Below are positions 38,019 through 47,121 of a DNA stretch of 64,000 bases, piece after piece (the first letter of the stretch is position 1; every line of letters begins with the position of its first letter). A program made the translations under genes and the position numbers. The notes under the pieces are model-generated. The model had not been told where the DNA came from. It saw nothing but the letters and a program-made list of their open reading frames with translations, and searched no databases. Where the stretch lies: assembly GCA_937906285.1 (NCBI GenBank), contig CALCWL010000077.1, positions 101-64,100 of the forward strand, in the 5' to 3' direction. The DNA is from an uncultured Rhodanobacter sp. (GTDB lineage Bacteria; Pseudomonadota; Gammaproteobacteria; Xanthomonadales; Rhodanobacteraceae).

Positions 38019-39269
38019 TCAGATCTCCTTCTTGAAGGCGGTGGATTGCGCCGCGATCTGCTTTGCTGCATCGATCAGCGGATTGCTGGCCGAAGGGCGA
38101 ACGGCATCGGGCGTGATGCGACTGGTGATTTCGGGACTGGCGTCGGCCTGCGCGGCCAGGAGCTGGCTGCGCACCTTGGCGGGCGAGGCCTGCGCTTCGA
38201 GGAAGCCCGCGATCAGGTCGGTGCGCCCAGCCAACGTGCAGGTCTGGGCGATTTCGACGGCGTCGGCCACGGTCATTGCCGTGGCGGTGGAGGCGGTGGC
38301 GGAGGGTTGAGGAGGATTGCCAGCAGGATCAGCAAGAGGCCGATCAAGAGCAGCGGGGTCGGTTCGATCATTCATGGATGACTCCATCTGGTGGTTGCGA
38401 AAAAGGCCCGCTTGGCTGGCCGAAGCCACCTGAGTCGGGAGTGGGGAAAGCGATTGGGTGAGCTGCGAGAGCGCGTCGTCGAAGCCGCCGACCGCATCGG
38501 CCAGACCAGCGCCGACGGCATCCGGGCCGAAGAACAGGCCCGCTTCGGTGGCGCGCACGGCGTCGGCGTCGAGGCCGCGATGGCGAGCGACCGTCTCGAC
38601 GAAGAGGTCGTAGACGCGATCCACCTCGGCCTTCAGGACGGCATGCGCCTCGTCGGAGATCGGTTCGTGCGGGTTGAGGTCGTTCTTGCGCTCGCCCGCG
38701 AACACGGCGGTATAGCGAACGCCATCCTTCGCGTCCTTCACCGACTGATCGATGTGCATGGCGATGACGCCAATCGAGCCGACGCCGCCGGTGCGCGCGA
38801 CGAACACTCGGCTCGCGGCGGACGCCAGTGCGTAGGCCGCCGAGAACGCCATGTCGTTGGCCACGGCCCAGACCGGCTTGACTTGCACGCCCGCGCGGAT
38901 GCGGTCGGCCAGGTCGAACACGCCGCCGGATTCGCCGCCGGGCGAATCGACATCGAGCAGGATCGCGGCGACCTCAGGGCTGGCCAACGCCGCGTCCAGT
39001 TGCGCGGCGATGCTGGTGTAGCTGGCGAGGCCCGACACGGCTTCGAGGCCGGAGGTGCGGCGCACCAGCGTGCCGTGGATCGGGATGACGGCGACCTTGC
39101 CGGTCGCAGGCGACAGTGGGCGTGTGGTCGGCGCGTAGTCCGCGGGCACGACCATGTCGGTCAGGCCAATGCGCGCACCGAGCACGGACAGGATGACGTC
39201 GAGTTTCGGGCGATGGATCGCCAGCGGCACGCCAAAGAGGCGCGCCGCCAGATGTGGCAGCACGGTCAT
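38019..39269 (-). CDS. S49 family prohead protease/scaffold (gpC-like)
   Basis: LDVDSPGGE, AFSAAYALAS, VGSIGV. Confidence 0.92.
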   Translation of the reverse strand: MTVLPHLAARLFGVPLAIHRPKLDVILSVLGARIGLTDMVVPADYAPTTRPLSPATGKVAVIPIHGTLVRRTSGLEAVSGLASYTSIAAQLDAALASPEVAAILLDVDSPGGESGGVFDLADRIRAGVQVKPVWAVANDMAFSAAYALASAASRVFVARTGGVGSIGVIAMHIDQSVKDAKDGVRYTAVFAGERKNDLNPHEPISDEAHAVLKAEVDRVYDLFVETVARHRGLDADAVRATEAGLFFGPDAVGAGLADAVGGFDDALSQLTQSLSPLPTQVASASQAGLFRNHQMESSMNDRTDPAALDRPLADPAGNPPQPSATASTATAMTVADAVEIAQTCTLAGRTDLIAGFLEAQASPAKVRSQLLAAQADASPEITSRITPDAVRPSASNPLIDAAKQIAAQSTAFKKEI

Positions 39270-39302
39270 GGGAATCCTTCTGGAAAACGGTCAGGCGACG
39301 AG

Positions 39303-40841
39303 TCAGGAAATCGACTGGCTGCCGGTGGCGTCGGGTGTGACGGCGTTGCGGTTGGGTTCCGCGCTGCCGCCGTCCTTCGACGTGTAGCGAGGGTCGGAAT
39401 CAAAGATCAGGCCGAGGTCGTCGGCGCGCTGGTTGTCGGCGGCGATCTCGCGGTCGACGTCTTCGGCGTCGTAGCCGTTGGCCGAGATGGCTTCCGAGCG
39501 CGACATCAAGCCCGCGCGGATGGCCAGCAACATCGCCTTGAATTCCTTCTCCGGATCGACCCACTGCCAGCCCTGCGGAATCCACTTCACGGCGAGGTAC
39601 TGACGACGACGGGCGGGCCCGCCACGCGCGAAGCCCGGCGCTTCGAGCGCCCCGGCGAGCACGGCCTGCTTCATCCACGCCGCCCACACCGGACGGCACA
39701 GCTGATGCACCAGCACGCCGTGCTGCAGCATCTCGCAGCGCCGCCGGAACTCCAGCATCCCGGCACGGATGGACGAGTAGTTCACGCCGGTCAGATCGCC
39801 GGTCAGTTGTTCGTAGGTGATGCCGATGGCGGCGGCAACCGCGCGGAACTGCGTGCGCAGGAACTCGGAGTACGAACCGCCCACGTCGGCGGGATCGGAG
39901 AACTTGATGTCCTCGCCGGGCTCCAGAATCTGCAGCGTTCCCGGCTCCAGCCCGGCGAACGCAATCCCTTCGGCGTCGGCTGCGCCTTCGCCCATCAGGT
40001 TGTCTTCCGGGTTGGCGCGCGTGACGAAGCCCGCGAACATCGCGGCGGTCTTCTTGCGCACCAGTTCGGCGTCGTCGTACTGGTCGAGTTCGTTGAGCTT
40101 GACGAGCGCCCGCGACAACCACGGCTCGCCGCGAATCTGGCCTGGGCGCAGCACGCGGAACAGATGGATGATTTCCGCAGCCGGGATGCGCACCGTGTCC
40201 ATCCCGCCCTGGCCCGACATCGGCGCAAGACGCCCGTCCTCGGGATGCGAGCGGTACAGGTGGTAGGCGACGCGCCGCCCCAGGCTGTCGAACTCGATGC
40301 CGGAGCGCACGACGTTGCCCGAAGGAAGATCGGTGTTCAGATTGATCGGCAGGTGCTCGGGCTCCAGCAACTGAAGCTGCAGCGGCACGACCAGCCCGTC
40401 CTCCGGGCGTCGCGGCCGCAAGCGGATCAGGCATTCGCCGCCTTCGAGCATTGCGCGGCAGGCCAGCGCCTGCAAACCGTAGAAGTCAGTCTGACCGGCG
40501 GCGTCGGCTTCCGCCGTCCAGTCGCGCCACAGCGCCTGCACTTCGGCCTTGAACGCCTCGTCGGGCGACAGGCTCTGCGGCTTGATGCCGGTGCCGACCG
40601 CGTTGGCCACGAAGGCTTCGATGCCTGCCTGCGCCCAGGCATTGCGGCGCACGAGGTCACGGCTCTTGCCGCGCAGTTCGTTGCTGGTCGCCAGCATCGC
40701 GGCGACCGCGCCGGGGTTGCCGGGCATCCACGCCAGCGAGCGACGACCACGCCCCGCTGCCTCGTGGACGGGAGGCTGACCGAAGAGGCTACGGAGTTTG
40801 CCTAGCCAGCTTGCTGGCGTTCGTGATGTTGTCCAGGCCAT
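39303..40841 (-). CDS. Portal protein, lambda family
   Basis: RPGQIRGEPW, TGDLTGVNYSSIRAG, WVDPEKE. Confidence 0.93.
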   Translation of the reverse strand: MAWTTSRTPASWLGKLRSLFGQPPVHEAAGRGRRSLAWMPGNPGAVAAMLATSNELRGKSRDLVRRNAWAQAGIEAFVANAVGTGIKPQSLSPDEAFKAEVQALWRDWTAEADAAGQTDFYGLQALACRAMLEGGECLIRLRPRRPEDGLVVPLQLQLLEPEHLPINLNTDLPSGNVVRSGIEFDSLGRRVAYHLYRSHPEDGRLAPMSGQGGMDTVRIPAAEIIHLFRVLRPGQIRGEPWLSRALVKLNELDQYDDAELVRKKTAAMFAGFVTRANPEDNLMGEGAADAEGIAFAGLEPGTLQILEPGEDIKFSDPADVGGSYSEFLRTQFRAVAAAIGITYEQLTGDLTGVNYSSIRAGMLEFRRRCEMLQHGVLVHQLCRPVWAAWMKQAVLAGALEAPGFARGGPARRRQYLAVKWIPQGWQWVDPEKEFKAMLLAIRAGLMSRSEAISANGYDAEDVDREIAADNQRADDLGLIFDSDPRYTSKDGGSAEPNRNAVTPDATGSQSIS

Positions 40842-41062
40842 CAGAACCCCTTCGACGTCGTGACCCGGATCTGGCGCGGCGCACCGGGCAGCAGCCCGGT
40901 TTCAGCCGCCTGCTGCAGCAGTCCGCGCCTGACCTCGCGGATCGCGGCCATCAGTTCGTCGACCGAGCGGTACTCGACCGTCTTGTCGGCAAAGGTCACG
41001 CGCCGTTCGCCCTTGGCGAGCGCGCTCTCCAAGGCCTGGAGTTGGATTTCTGTGTAGGCCAT
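40841..41062 (-). CDS. Head completion protein (gpW-like)
   Basis: ALAKGERRVTFADKTVEYRSVDEL. Confidence 0.85.
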   Translation of the reverse strand: MAYTEIQLQALESALAKGERRVTFADKTVEYRSVDELMAAIREVRRGLLQQAAETGLLPGAPRQIRVTTSKGF

Positions 41063-41454
41063 CAACGGTACACCACGAGATTGATTTCGGAGGAGTCGTC
41101 GAACGACGTTGCAGTCGTCGCACAGGAGATGTCGACGTACTGGGCCGTCTTGAGGTCGGAGCTGGCGCGCACGACGGCCACTCGTTGCTGGCCGCTGTTG
41201 ACGCTGCTGCGTGCGAGCGCCGTCCAGCAGTAGTTCGCATCCGGCATCGCCACGGCGAAATGCACGCGATATCGGCCCGCCGCCGTGCGCACGACGCTGG
41301 CCACGTTGCGCGCGCTGGCGATCACGACCTGACCGCCCTCGTAGCCGAAGCTCACCCACACCCGGGCGAGACCAGGATGTGTGGCGTCGATCTTGGTCTT
41401 GACCTCGAAGCCGATGCGCGCCGCAAGAGCGGCGATGCTGGACGCGAGGCTCAT
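41062..41454 (-). CDS. Fibre-like hypothetical protein in the head module
   Basis: NVASVVRTAAGRYRVHF..AMPDANY resembles phage fibre C-terminal domains. Confidence 0.55.
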   Translation of the reverse strand: MSLASSIAALAARIGFEVKTKIDATHPGLARVWVSFGYEGGQVVIASARNVASVVRTAAGRYRVHFAVAMPDANYCWTALARSSVNSGQQRVAVVRASSDLKTAQYVDISCATTATSFDDSSEINLVVYR

Positions 41455-41945
41455 CAGGCCAGCGCCCCGTCGAAGACCACGACGAAGTCGGTGTCGGTGT
41501 TCCCGACATCGGCGGCCGCCACCGCGCCGATGTTGGTGCGGGCCTGCAGTTGCTCGGCAACCGTCAAGGTCTGCGCCGCGTCGAAGCGCACCCGCAGACT
41601 GACGGCGGCCAGGAGCGCGTCCAGACCCGTCGTGCCGTTCTGCAGCAACTGCTGGATTTCCACCAGAGTGTCGTAGGCGGCGTCCGCGCCACCCAGGATG
41701 TCGGCCTTGAGCGCGTCGAGCAGCGACACGATCTTGTTCGACGAGTAAGTGCTGGAGGCGGCGATCTGGCTGTCGTCGATGGCGGTGGCGGACAGCACCG
41801 CCGCCTTCAGCTCGTTGACCGCCGCGACCAGACTCGACTTGTCGGTGGTGGACAGGTTGGCGAGATTGCCTGCGGTGGCCCGGACGTCGTTGAACTCCTG
41901 CGCGACGCGGATGACCAGACTCTCGATGCGGGTGGCAAGACTCAT
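41454..41945 (-). CDS. Fibre-like hypothetical protein in the head module
   Basis: LSTTDKSSLVAAVNEL, GADAAYDTLVEI, AQTLT..EQLQARTNIGA fibre-type motifs. Confidence 0.6.
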   Translation of the reverse strand: MSLATRIESLVIRVAQEFNDVRATAGNLANLSTTDKSSLVAAVNELKAAVLSATAIDDSQIAASSTYSSNKIVSLLDALKADILGGADAAYDTLVEIQQLLQNGTTGLDALLAAVSLRVRFDAAQTLTVAEQLQARTNIGAVAAADVGNTDTDFVVVFDGALA

Positions 41946-41974
41946 GTGTTCTCCTTGGTTTGAAGCGGCCGCCG

Positions 41975-43930
41975 TCAACGAAGCCAACGGCTTCGGATGA
42001 CGCGCCGACCGGAATTGCGGGTTCCAGAAGCAGCGAGGCCACCGCGTCGGGTGGCCTCGTTCAATTCGATGTCGTGGATGGGCGGTGGCTCATCCGGTGG
42101 GGGTGCTACCCCCAGTTGCCGCTCCAGTTCGCGCCAGTGGCGTTCCTCGAAGCGATCCAGTCCCGTGCTGGATGCGGCCGCGCGGGCGTAGACGTAGCAG
42201 TCCAGGGCCTCGTTGCGCTCGCGCATCTTTTGCCACTCGCGCACCGGGAAGCCGTTGCGGTCGCGGCGGGTGATCAATTGCTCCGCGCAGAGCTGCTGGA
42301 TGAACTCGGCGTCGATCTTCGGCAGATGGACGAACCCGGCCGGAAACACCGGGGTCAAGCCGTCCTCGCCGACGTCCGCGCTCTTACGCAGGTTGTTGTA
42401 GAACTCCAACTTGGCGATGCCGACCGCCACCGTGAACACCTTGATGCCCCGGCGCAGCTTCTTGCCGCCCTGCGAGACATCGATGGCAGTCGGCGTGCCG
42501 ATCAGGGCAGCACCGCGTGGCACGCCCTTGACCGCCATCACGCGCGGATCGTGGCAGGCACGCACGAAGGCGTAGGCTTCCTGCGTGGCAAAGCCGGTGT
42601 CCAGCGCGAAACGCGCCAGTGGCATTGCCACGCCCGAGGCGTGCGTCCAGTTCTCGGCCAGCATCGCGGCCAGCGCCCTCCACACTGCGTCCCGGGCGGT
42701 GTCACCCATCAGCACGCGGTGCTCGACCAGCCACGATTCCTTGCCGCGCCCGAAGGCCCAGACCGAGGCCTCGATGCGATCTTTCTGCACGTCCGCGCCG
42801 CCAACCAGCAGCAGACCGCCTTGCGGCACGCTGCCGATGCGGTACTCCTCGCGGCGCTCGACCAGCCGTTGCCAGTCGGGCGCTTCGCCTTCCTCGACCC
42901 AGGTCTCGCCCAGCTCGGTGTTCTTGAAGGTCTTGATCGCGGCGGCCGATCCCGATTCCTTGTTGACGGCGGCTTCCCACGCGGCGGCGATGTCGCGCCA
43001 CGAGCGCCAGCCCACCGGGCTGTACAGCGACGACAGGTGAAATCCCGCCGTCTTGCCCTCGGCCATCGCGCGCCATTCGCCGTGCTCCAGCATCCACGTC
43101 TTGTGATGCTCGGCAATCGCCGTGTCGCAGGATTCGCAGATGTAGGCGGCGGTTTCCGGTTGCCCCTTGTCCCAGCGCAGTTGCTCGAAGCGCAACCACT
43201 GCGGGTGGTTGCAGTGCGGGCACGGCACGAAGTAGCGGCGCTGGTCGCTGGCCTCGTACTCGCGTTCGATGGCGCTCGCCCCGGAGATCGTCGGCGTCGA
43301 CACGATGAAGATCTTGCGGCGCGCGAAGGTGCGCGTGCGCGCCTCGGCCAGCGAGATCGCATCGCCTTCGCCCTCGACGTCCAGCGGGTAGCCGTCCACT
43401 TCGTCGAGGAACAGGTAGCGCACCGGCATCGAGCGCAGGCCCACCGCGCTGTTCGCGCCGGTCATCACCAGCACGCCGCCCCGGAACTCCTTGGCCAGAA
43501 TCGTGTTGCCCGAATCCCGGCTGCGCGCGGGCGCGATCAATTCCGCCAGCGCCGCCGACTCCTCGATCAGCGGGTCGATTCGCTGCTTCGAGTTGCGCTT
43601 GGCCATCTCCACCGTCGGCCAGACCGCCATCATCGGGCCCGGTGCGTGGTGGATCACGTAGCCGATCCAGTTCGATCCCATTTCGGTCGCGCCGAGCTGA
43701 GCGGCCTTCATGAACGCCACGCGCTCAACCGGCGAGGTCGGCGACAGGCAATCCATGATCGCCTTCAGGTACGGCGTGCGGCTGGTGCGCCAGCGCCCGG
43801 GTTCGGCGGAGGCCTTGCTGGAGAGCATCCGATGGCGATCCGACCATTCCGACACGGTGAGTAGCGGATCAGGCGTCAAGCCGTCGCGCCACGCGCGTTC
43901 GATCTCAACAGCGCCTTCGTAATCGTCCAT
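41975..43930 (-). CDS. Terminase large subunit (GpA family)
   Basis: KAAQLGATE Walker A, YLFLDEVD Walker B, STPT, CPHC..CESC, RNEALDC. Confidence 0.95.
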   Translation of the reverse strand: MDDYEGAVEIERAWRDGLTPDPLLTVSEWSDRHRMLSSKASAEPGRWRTSRTPYLKAIMDCLSPTSPVERVAFMKAAQLGATEMGSNWIGYVIHHAPGPMMAVWPTVEMAKRNSKQRIDPLIEESAALAELIAPARSRDSGNTILAKEFRGGVLVMTGANSAVGLRSMPVRYLFLDEVDGYPLDVEGEGDAISLAEARTRTFARRKIFIVSTPTISGASAIEREYEASDQRRYFVPCPHCNHPQWLRFEQLRWDKGQPETAAYICESCDTAIAEHHKTWMLEHGEWRAMAEGKTAGFHLSSLYSPVGWRSWRDIAAAWEAAVNKESGSAAAIKTFKNTELGETWVEEGEAPDWQRLVERREEYRIGSVPQGGLLLVGGADVQKDRIEASVWAFGRGKESWLVEHRVLMGDTARDAVWRALAAMLAENWTHASGVAMPLARFALDTGFATQEAYAFVRACHDPRVMAVKGVPRGAALIGTPTAIDVSQGGKKLRRGIKVFTVAVGIAKLEFYNNLRKSADVGEDGLTPVFPAGFVHLPKIDAEFIQQLCAEQLITRRDRNGFPVREWQKMRERNEALDCYVYARAAASSTGLDRFEERHWRELERQLGVAPPPDEPPPIHDIELNEATRRGGLAASGTRNSGRRVIRSRWLR

Positions 43931-43932
43931 CG

Positions 43933-44499
43933 TCAATCCACGCGCGGGCGCAGCTCGCCCAGTTCGATCAGGTGCTCGCGCACGGCGGCTTCCAGCGTGA
44001 CGTGCATCGTGTGCGCGTCGATGCCAAGCGCTGAGGCCATCTGCCCCGAGATGCGCGCGGGCCAGTTCAACCACGCGTCGCGCTCGATGCGTGCGAGCTT
44101 GAAAACGTGGGCCACGGCCTGCGCCCGATCCACCAGTTCCTTCTTGCGGTGCGCCAGCTCCAGGTTGTTGAGCTTGGCCTTGAGCACCTCGTTGACCGTG
44201 CGCGCCTGCAAGAGCGAGGTACCGCCCGCCGACATCGGCGCTGTGCTGGTGTCGGAGACATCGCGCTGCGGTGTCGCTTCGGCGGGCGCGAGCGCGGGTC
44301 GCGCCTTCGTGGTGCCGACCTTCTCCTGCGCAGCGGCGCGGCGCGGCTGCAATGTGTTTTGTGCCCACTGGGCGTCCGCCGCATCCGGATCAATCGTGCC
44401 GTCAGGCAGTGCGGTGATCCGCCCGGTGTCGATGGCCTTCTTCACGGCCACGTGCGACACGCCACGGTGGCGCGCGTAGGCGCGAATCGAGAGTCCCAT
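43933..44499 (-). CDS. Terminase small subunit (Nu1-like)
   Basis: N-terminal HTH SIRAYARHRGVSHVAVKKAI; directly upstream of terL. Confidence 0.75.
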   Translation of the reverse strand: MGLSIRAYARHRGVSHVAVKKAIDTGRITALPDGTIDPDAADAQWAQNTLQPRRAAAQEKVGTTKARPALAPAEATPQRDVSDTSTAPMSAGGTSLLQARTVNEVLKAKLNNLELAHRKKELVDRAQAVAHVFKLARIERDAWLNWPARISGQMASALGIDAHTMHVTLEAAVREHLIELGELRPRVD

Positions 44500-44542
44500 C
44501 GTCACCTTCTTCAATCATCTGTTCGTCATTCCTGCGGATTGA

Positions 44543-44572
44543 GCTTGGCTTCCATCGGGAACAGCGCGTTCA
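44543..44572 (+). promoter_or_regulatory. Repeated motif copy 2
   Basis: gcttggcttccatcgggaacagcgcgttca. Confidence 0.7.
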
Positions 44573-44608
44573 TCACGTCACGCCAACCACACCCCGAAAG
44601 GAAACGCC

Positions 44609-44815
44609 ATGAGCCAGATCGACACCATCCTCACCCTGATCGCCCAGAAGCATCTGGGCATCGACACCCTGCAAACCCGCCACGCCGACAGCCTGGACTT
44701 CCACGACACGGCGGTGTGGTGCATCCGGGACGCGCTGGAAGCGGCCTTCAAGGCGGGCGTCGAACTCGGCGCGTCGAGCCCGAAAGCCACGGAAGCGGAG
44801 ATCGCCAAGGACTGA
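44609..44815 (+). CDS. Small hypothetical protein (DUF6900-like)
   Basis: IDTLQTRHADSLDFHDTAVW..RDALEAAF. Confidence 0.7.
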   Translation: MSQIDTILTLIAQKHLGIDTLQTRHADSLDFHDTAVWCIRDALEAAFKAGVELGASSPKATEAEIAKD

Positions 44816-44844
44816 TCGGAAACCCACGAAACCAAGCGGAAAGC

Positions 44845-44874
44845 GCTTGGCTTCACTCCCGAACAGCGCGTTCA
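44845..44874 (+). promoter_or_regulatory. Repeated motif copy 3
   Basis: gcttggcttcactcccgaacagcgcgttca. Confidence 0.7.
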
Positions 44875-44910
44875 TCACATCGTCATCCACCACCCCCGAA
44901 GGAGCAGCCC

Positions 44911-45432
44911 ATGACCACCACCCAACTCACCCCGGCCCAGCACGCCATCCTCGCCAAGGCCATCAACACCAGCGGCGGCAAGATCGACTGGTTCCCCGAC
45001 AACATCAAAGGCGGCGCGCGCAAAAAGGTGCTCGACGGCCTGTTCAACCGCGCCCTGATCACGCCCGATGGCGAGGGCTGGTGCGTCGCCGCCGAGGGCT
45101 ACGACGCCTTGGGCATGAAACGCCCCACGATCCCGCAGCCGACGCCGGAAGTCGATGCCGAACTGGAGCAGGCTGTTGCCGCCGCCGAAGCGACGTGGAC
45201 GCAAGCGCCGACACCGGCCAAGCCGCGCACGCGCGACAACAGCAAGCAGGCCGAAGTGATCCGGATGCTGCAACGCCCCGAGGGCGCAACCATCGGCCAG
45301 ATCTGCACCGCCACCGGCTGGCAGGCGCACACGGTGCGCGGCACCTTTGCCGGAGCCTTCAAGAAAAAGCTCGGCCTGACCATCGTCTCGGACAAGCCGC
45401 AGGGCGGCGAGCGGGTCTACCGCATCGCCTGA
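44911..45432 (+). CDS. DUF3489 domain protein
   Basis: SKQAEVIRMLQRPEGATI....ATGWQAHTVRG; GAAGGAG RBS. Confidence 0.8.
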   Translation: MTTTQLTPAQHAILAKAINTSGGKIDWFPDNIKGGARKKVLDGLFNRALITPDGEGWCVAAEGYDALGMKRPTIPQPTPEVDAELEQAVAAAEATWTQAPTPAKPRTRDNSKQAEVIRMLQRPEGATIGQICTATGWQAHTVRGTFAGAFKKKLGLTIVSDKPQGGERVYRIA

Positions 45433-45460
45433 AAAAAGATCGAGAAAGAAGCCAAGAACA

Positions 45461-45490
45461 GCTTGGCTTCTCAATCGGACAGCGCGTTAC
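45461..45490 (+). promoter_or_regulatory. Repeated motif copy 4
   Basis: gcttggcttctcaatcggacagcgcgttac; preceded by an inverted arm gaagccaag at 45448-45456. Confidence 0.65.
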
Positions 45491-45529
45491 TACGGGTGTC
45501 GCAACGATCAACCCGAAGGAGAAAGCACC

Positions 45530-45895
45530 ATGACCAGCATCCCGATCCCCGCCACCCAGAACGAAGCCTGGGGCTTTTGGGGCACGATGAACGAGCACGC
45601 CAGCGGCGCGTGGCCCCTGGCGATGAGCGCCATCTCGGACGCCACCGGCCAGCCCCTCGAATCGGTACGGGTCTTCCTCGACAGCCGCCACGGCCGCCAC
45701 TTTGCCGACGACGTCCAGAACGGGCTTTACGAGGGCAAGGCCCTGGCGAATGCGATCAACGCCGCCACCCAACGCTGGATGGGCTGGACGATTGGCCGCC
45801 AGACCAGCAAGCAGTACGGCATCCCGCGCGGCCTGCCTTACCTGACGGGCTTCGTGATTCACTGCGAGATCCTCGACGAGTCGCTGGCCGCCTGA
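45530..45895 (+). CDS. Hypothetical protein
   Basis: GAAGGAG RBS; WGFWGTM...FLDSRHGRHFADDV. Confidence 0.7.
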   Translation: MTSIPIPATQNEAWGFWGTMNEHASGAWPLAMSAISDATGQPLESVRVFLDSRHGRHFADDVQNGLYEGKALANAINAATQRWMGWTIGRQTSKQYGIPRGLPYLTGFVIHCEILDESLAA

Positions 45896-47121
45896 TCGAG
45901 CACCGCGCCATCCGCCTCGCGGGTGGCCTGCTTGCCGGTGAAATCCTCCCACCGGCGCACGATCACGTCCACGTACTTCGGATCGAGTTCGATCAGCCGC
46001 GCGACGCGGCCTGACTTTTCGGCTGCAATCAACGTCGTGCCGGAGCCACCAAACGGGTCGAGCACCACGTTGCCGGGGCGGCTCGAATTGCGGATCGCGC
46101 GCTCGACCAGTTCCACCGGCTTCATCGTCGGGTGCAGGTCGTTCTTCTGCGGCTTTTTGATTGCCCAGACGTCGCCCTGATCGCGGTCGCCGCACCAATG
46201 GCGTGTCGCGCCCTCGGGCCAGCCGTACAGGATCGGCTCGTACTGGCGCTGGTAGTCGGCGCGACCCAGCGTGAACGTGTTCTTGGCCCAGATGATGAAC
46301 GTCGACCACTTGCCCCCGGCGGCGCGGAACGCGGCCTGCAGCACATCCAGTTCGCTGGACGACATCGCCACATAGATCCCGCCCCGGCAGTTCGCCACCG
46401 TCGGCGTCAGTGCCGCCAGCAGGAAGTCGTAGAACCCGTCGCCCAAGTTGTCGTTCAGGATCGCGCGGTCCTTGCCGCGCATCTTGTCCTTGGCGCTGTT
46501 GGCGTAGTTCACGTTGTACGGCGGGTCTGTGAAGACCATGTCGACCGGCTCGCCTTGCAGCAAGGCCTCGTAGCTTGCCGCCACGGTGGCATCGCCGCAC
46601 AGCAGCCGGTGTGGGCCCAGCACCCAGACATCGCCCGGGCGCGAGATCGGCGTCTCGCCAACCTCCGGCACCGCATCCTCATCGGTCTGACCCTCGTTGT
46701 CCGGCTCGTCGCCCGCGATCAGTTCCGCCAGCGCGTCGGCGTCGAAGCCGGTGATGTCGAGGTCGAAGCCGTCCAGTTGCAAGGCTTCCAGTTCGATGCG
46801 CAGCATCGCGTCGTCCCAGCCCGCGTTCTCGGCGATGCGGTTGTCCGCGATGACCAGGGCCCGGCGTTGGGTTGGGCTCAAGTGATCGAGTACGACCACC
46901 GGCACGACCTTCAGCCCAAGTTTCTTGGCGGCGGCCAGCCGTCCGTGGCCAGCGACGATGATGCCGTCGCTGCCCGCCAGGATCGGATTGGTGAATCCGA
47001 ACTCCGCGATGCTGGCAGCGATCTGCGCCACCTGCTCCTCGGAGTGGGTGCGCGCGTTGCGGGCGTAGGGCAGCAGCTTGCCGGTCGGCCACTGCTCGAT
47101 CTTGTCGGCCAGCCAGTTCAT
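45859..47121 (-). CDS. ParB-like domain + DNA amino-methyltransferase (DPPY)
   Basis: PYARNARTH...IVAGHGRL; FTDPPYN; HPTMKP; LDPFGGSGTT. Confidence 0.92.
   Translation of the reverse strand: MNWLADKIEQWPTGKLLPYARNARTHSEEQVAQIAASIAEFGFTNPILAGSDGIIVAGHGRLAAAKKLGLKVVPVVVLDHLSPTQRRALVIADNRIAENAGWDDAMLRIELEALQLDGFDLDITGFDADALAELIAGDEPDNEGQTDEDAVPEVGETPISRPGDVWVLGPHRLLCGDATVAASYEALLQGEPVDMVFTDPPYNVNYANSAKDKMRGKDRAILNDNLGDGFYDFLLAALTPTVANCRGGIYVAMSSSELDVLQAAFRAAGGKWSTFIIWAKNTFTLGRADYQRQYEPILYGWPEGATRHWCGDRDQGDVWAIKKPQKNDLHPTMKPVELVERAIRNSSRPGNVVLDPFGGSGTTLIAAEKSGRVARLIELDPKYVDVIVRRWEDFTGKQATREADGAVLDQAASDSSRISQ

Noticed and set aside
25443..40805. Long + strand ORFs (e.g. 25443-28196, 31710-33758, 38391-40805)
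   Set aside because: Antisense shadows of GC-rich phage genes with no recognisable motifs
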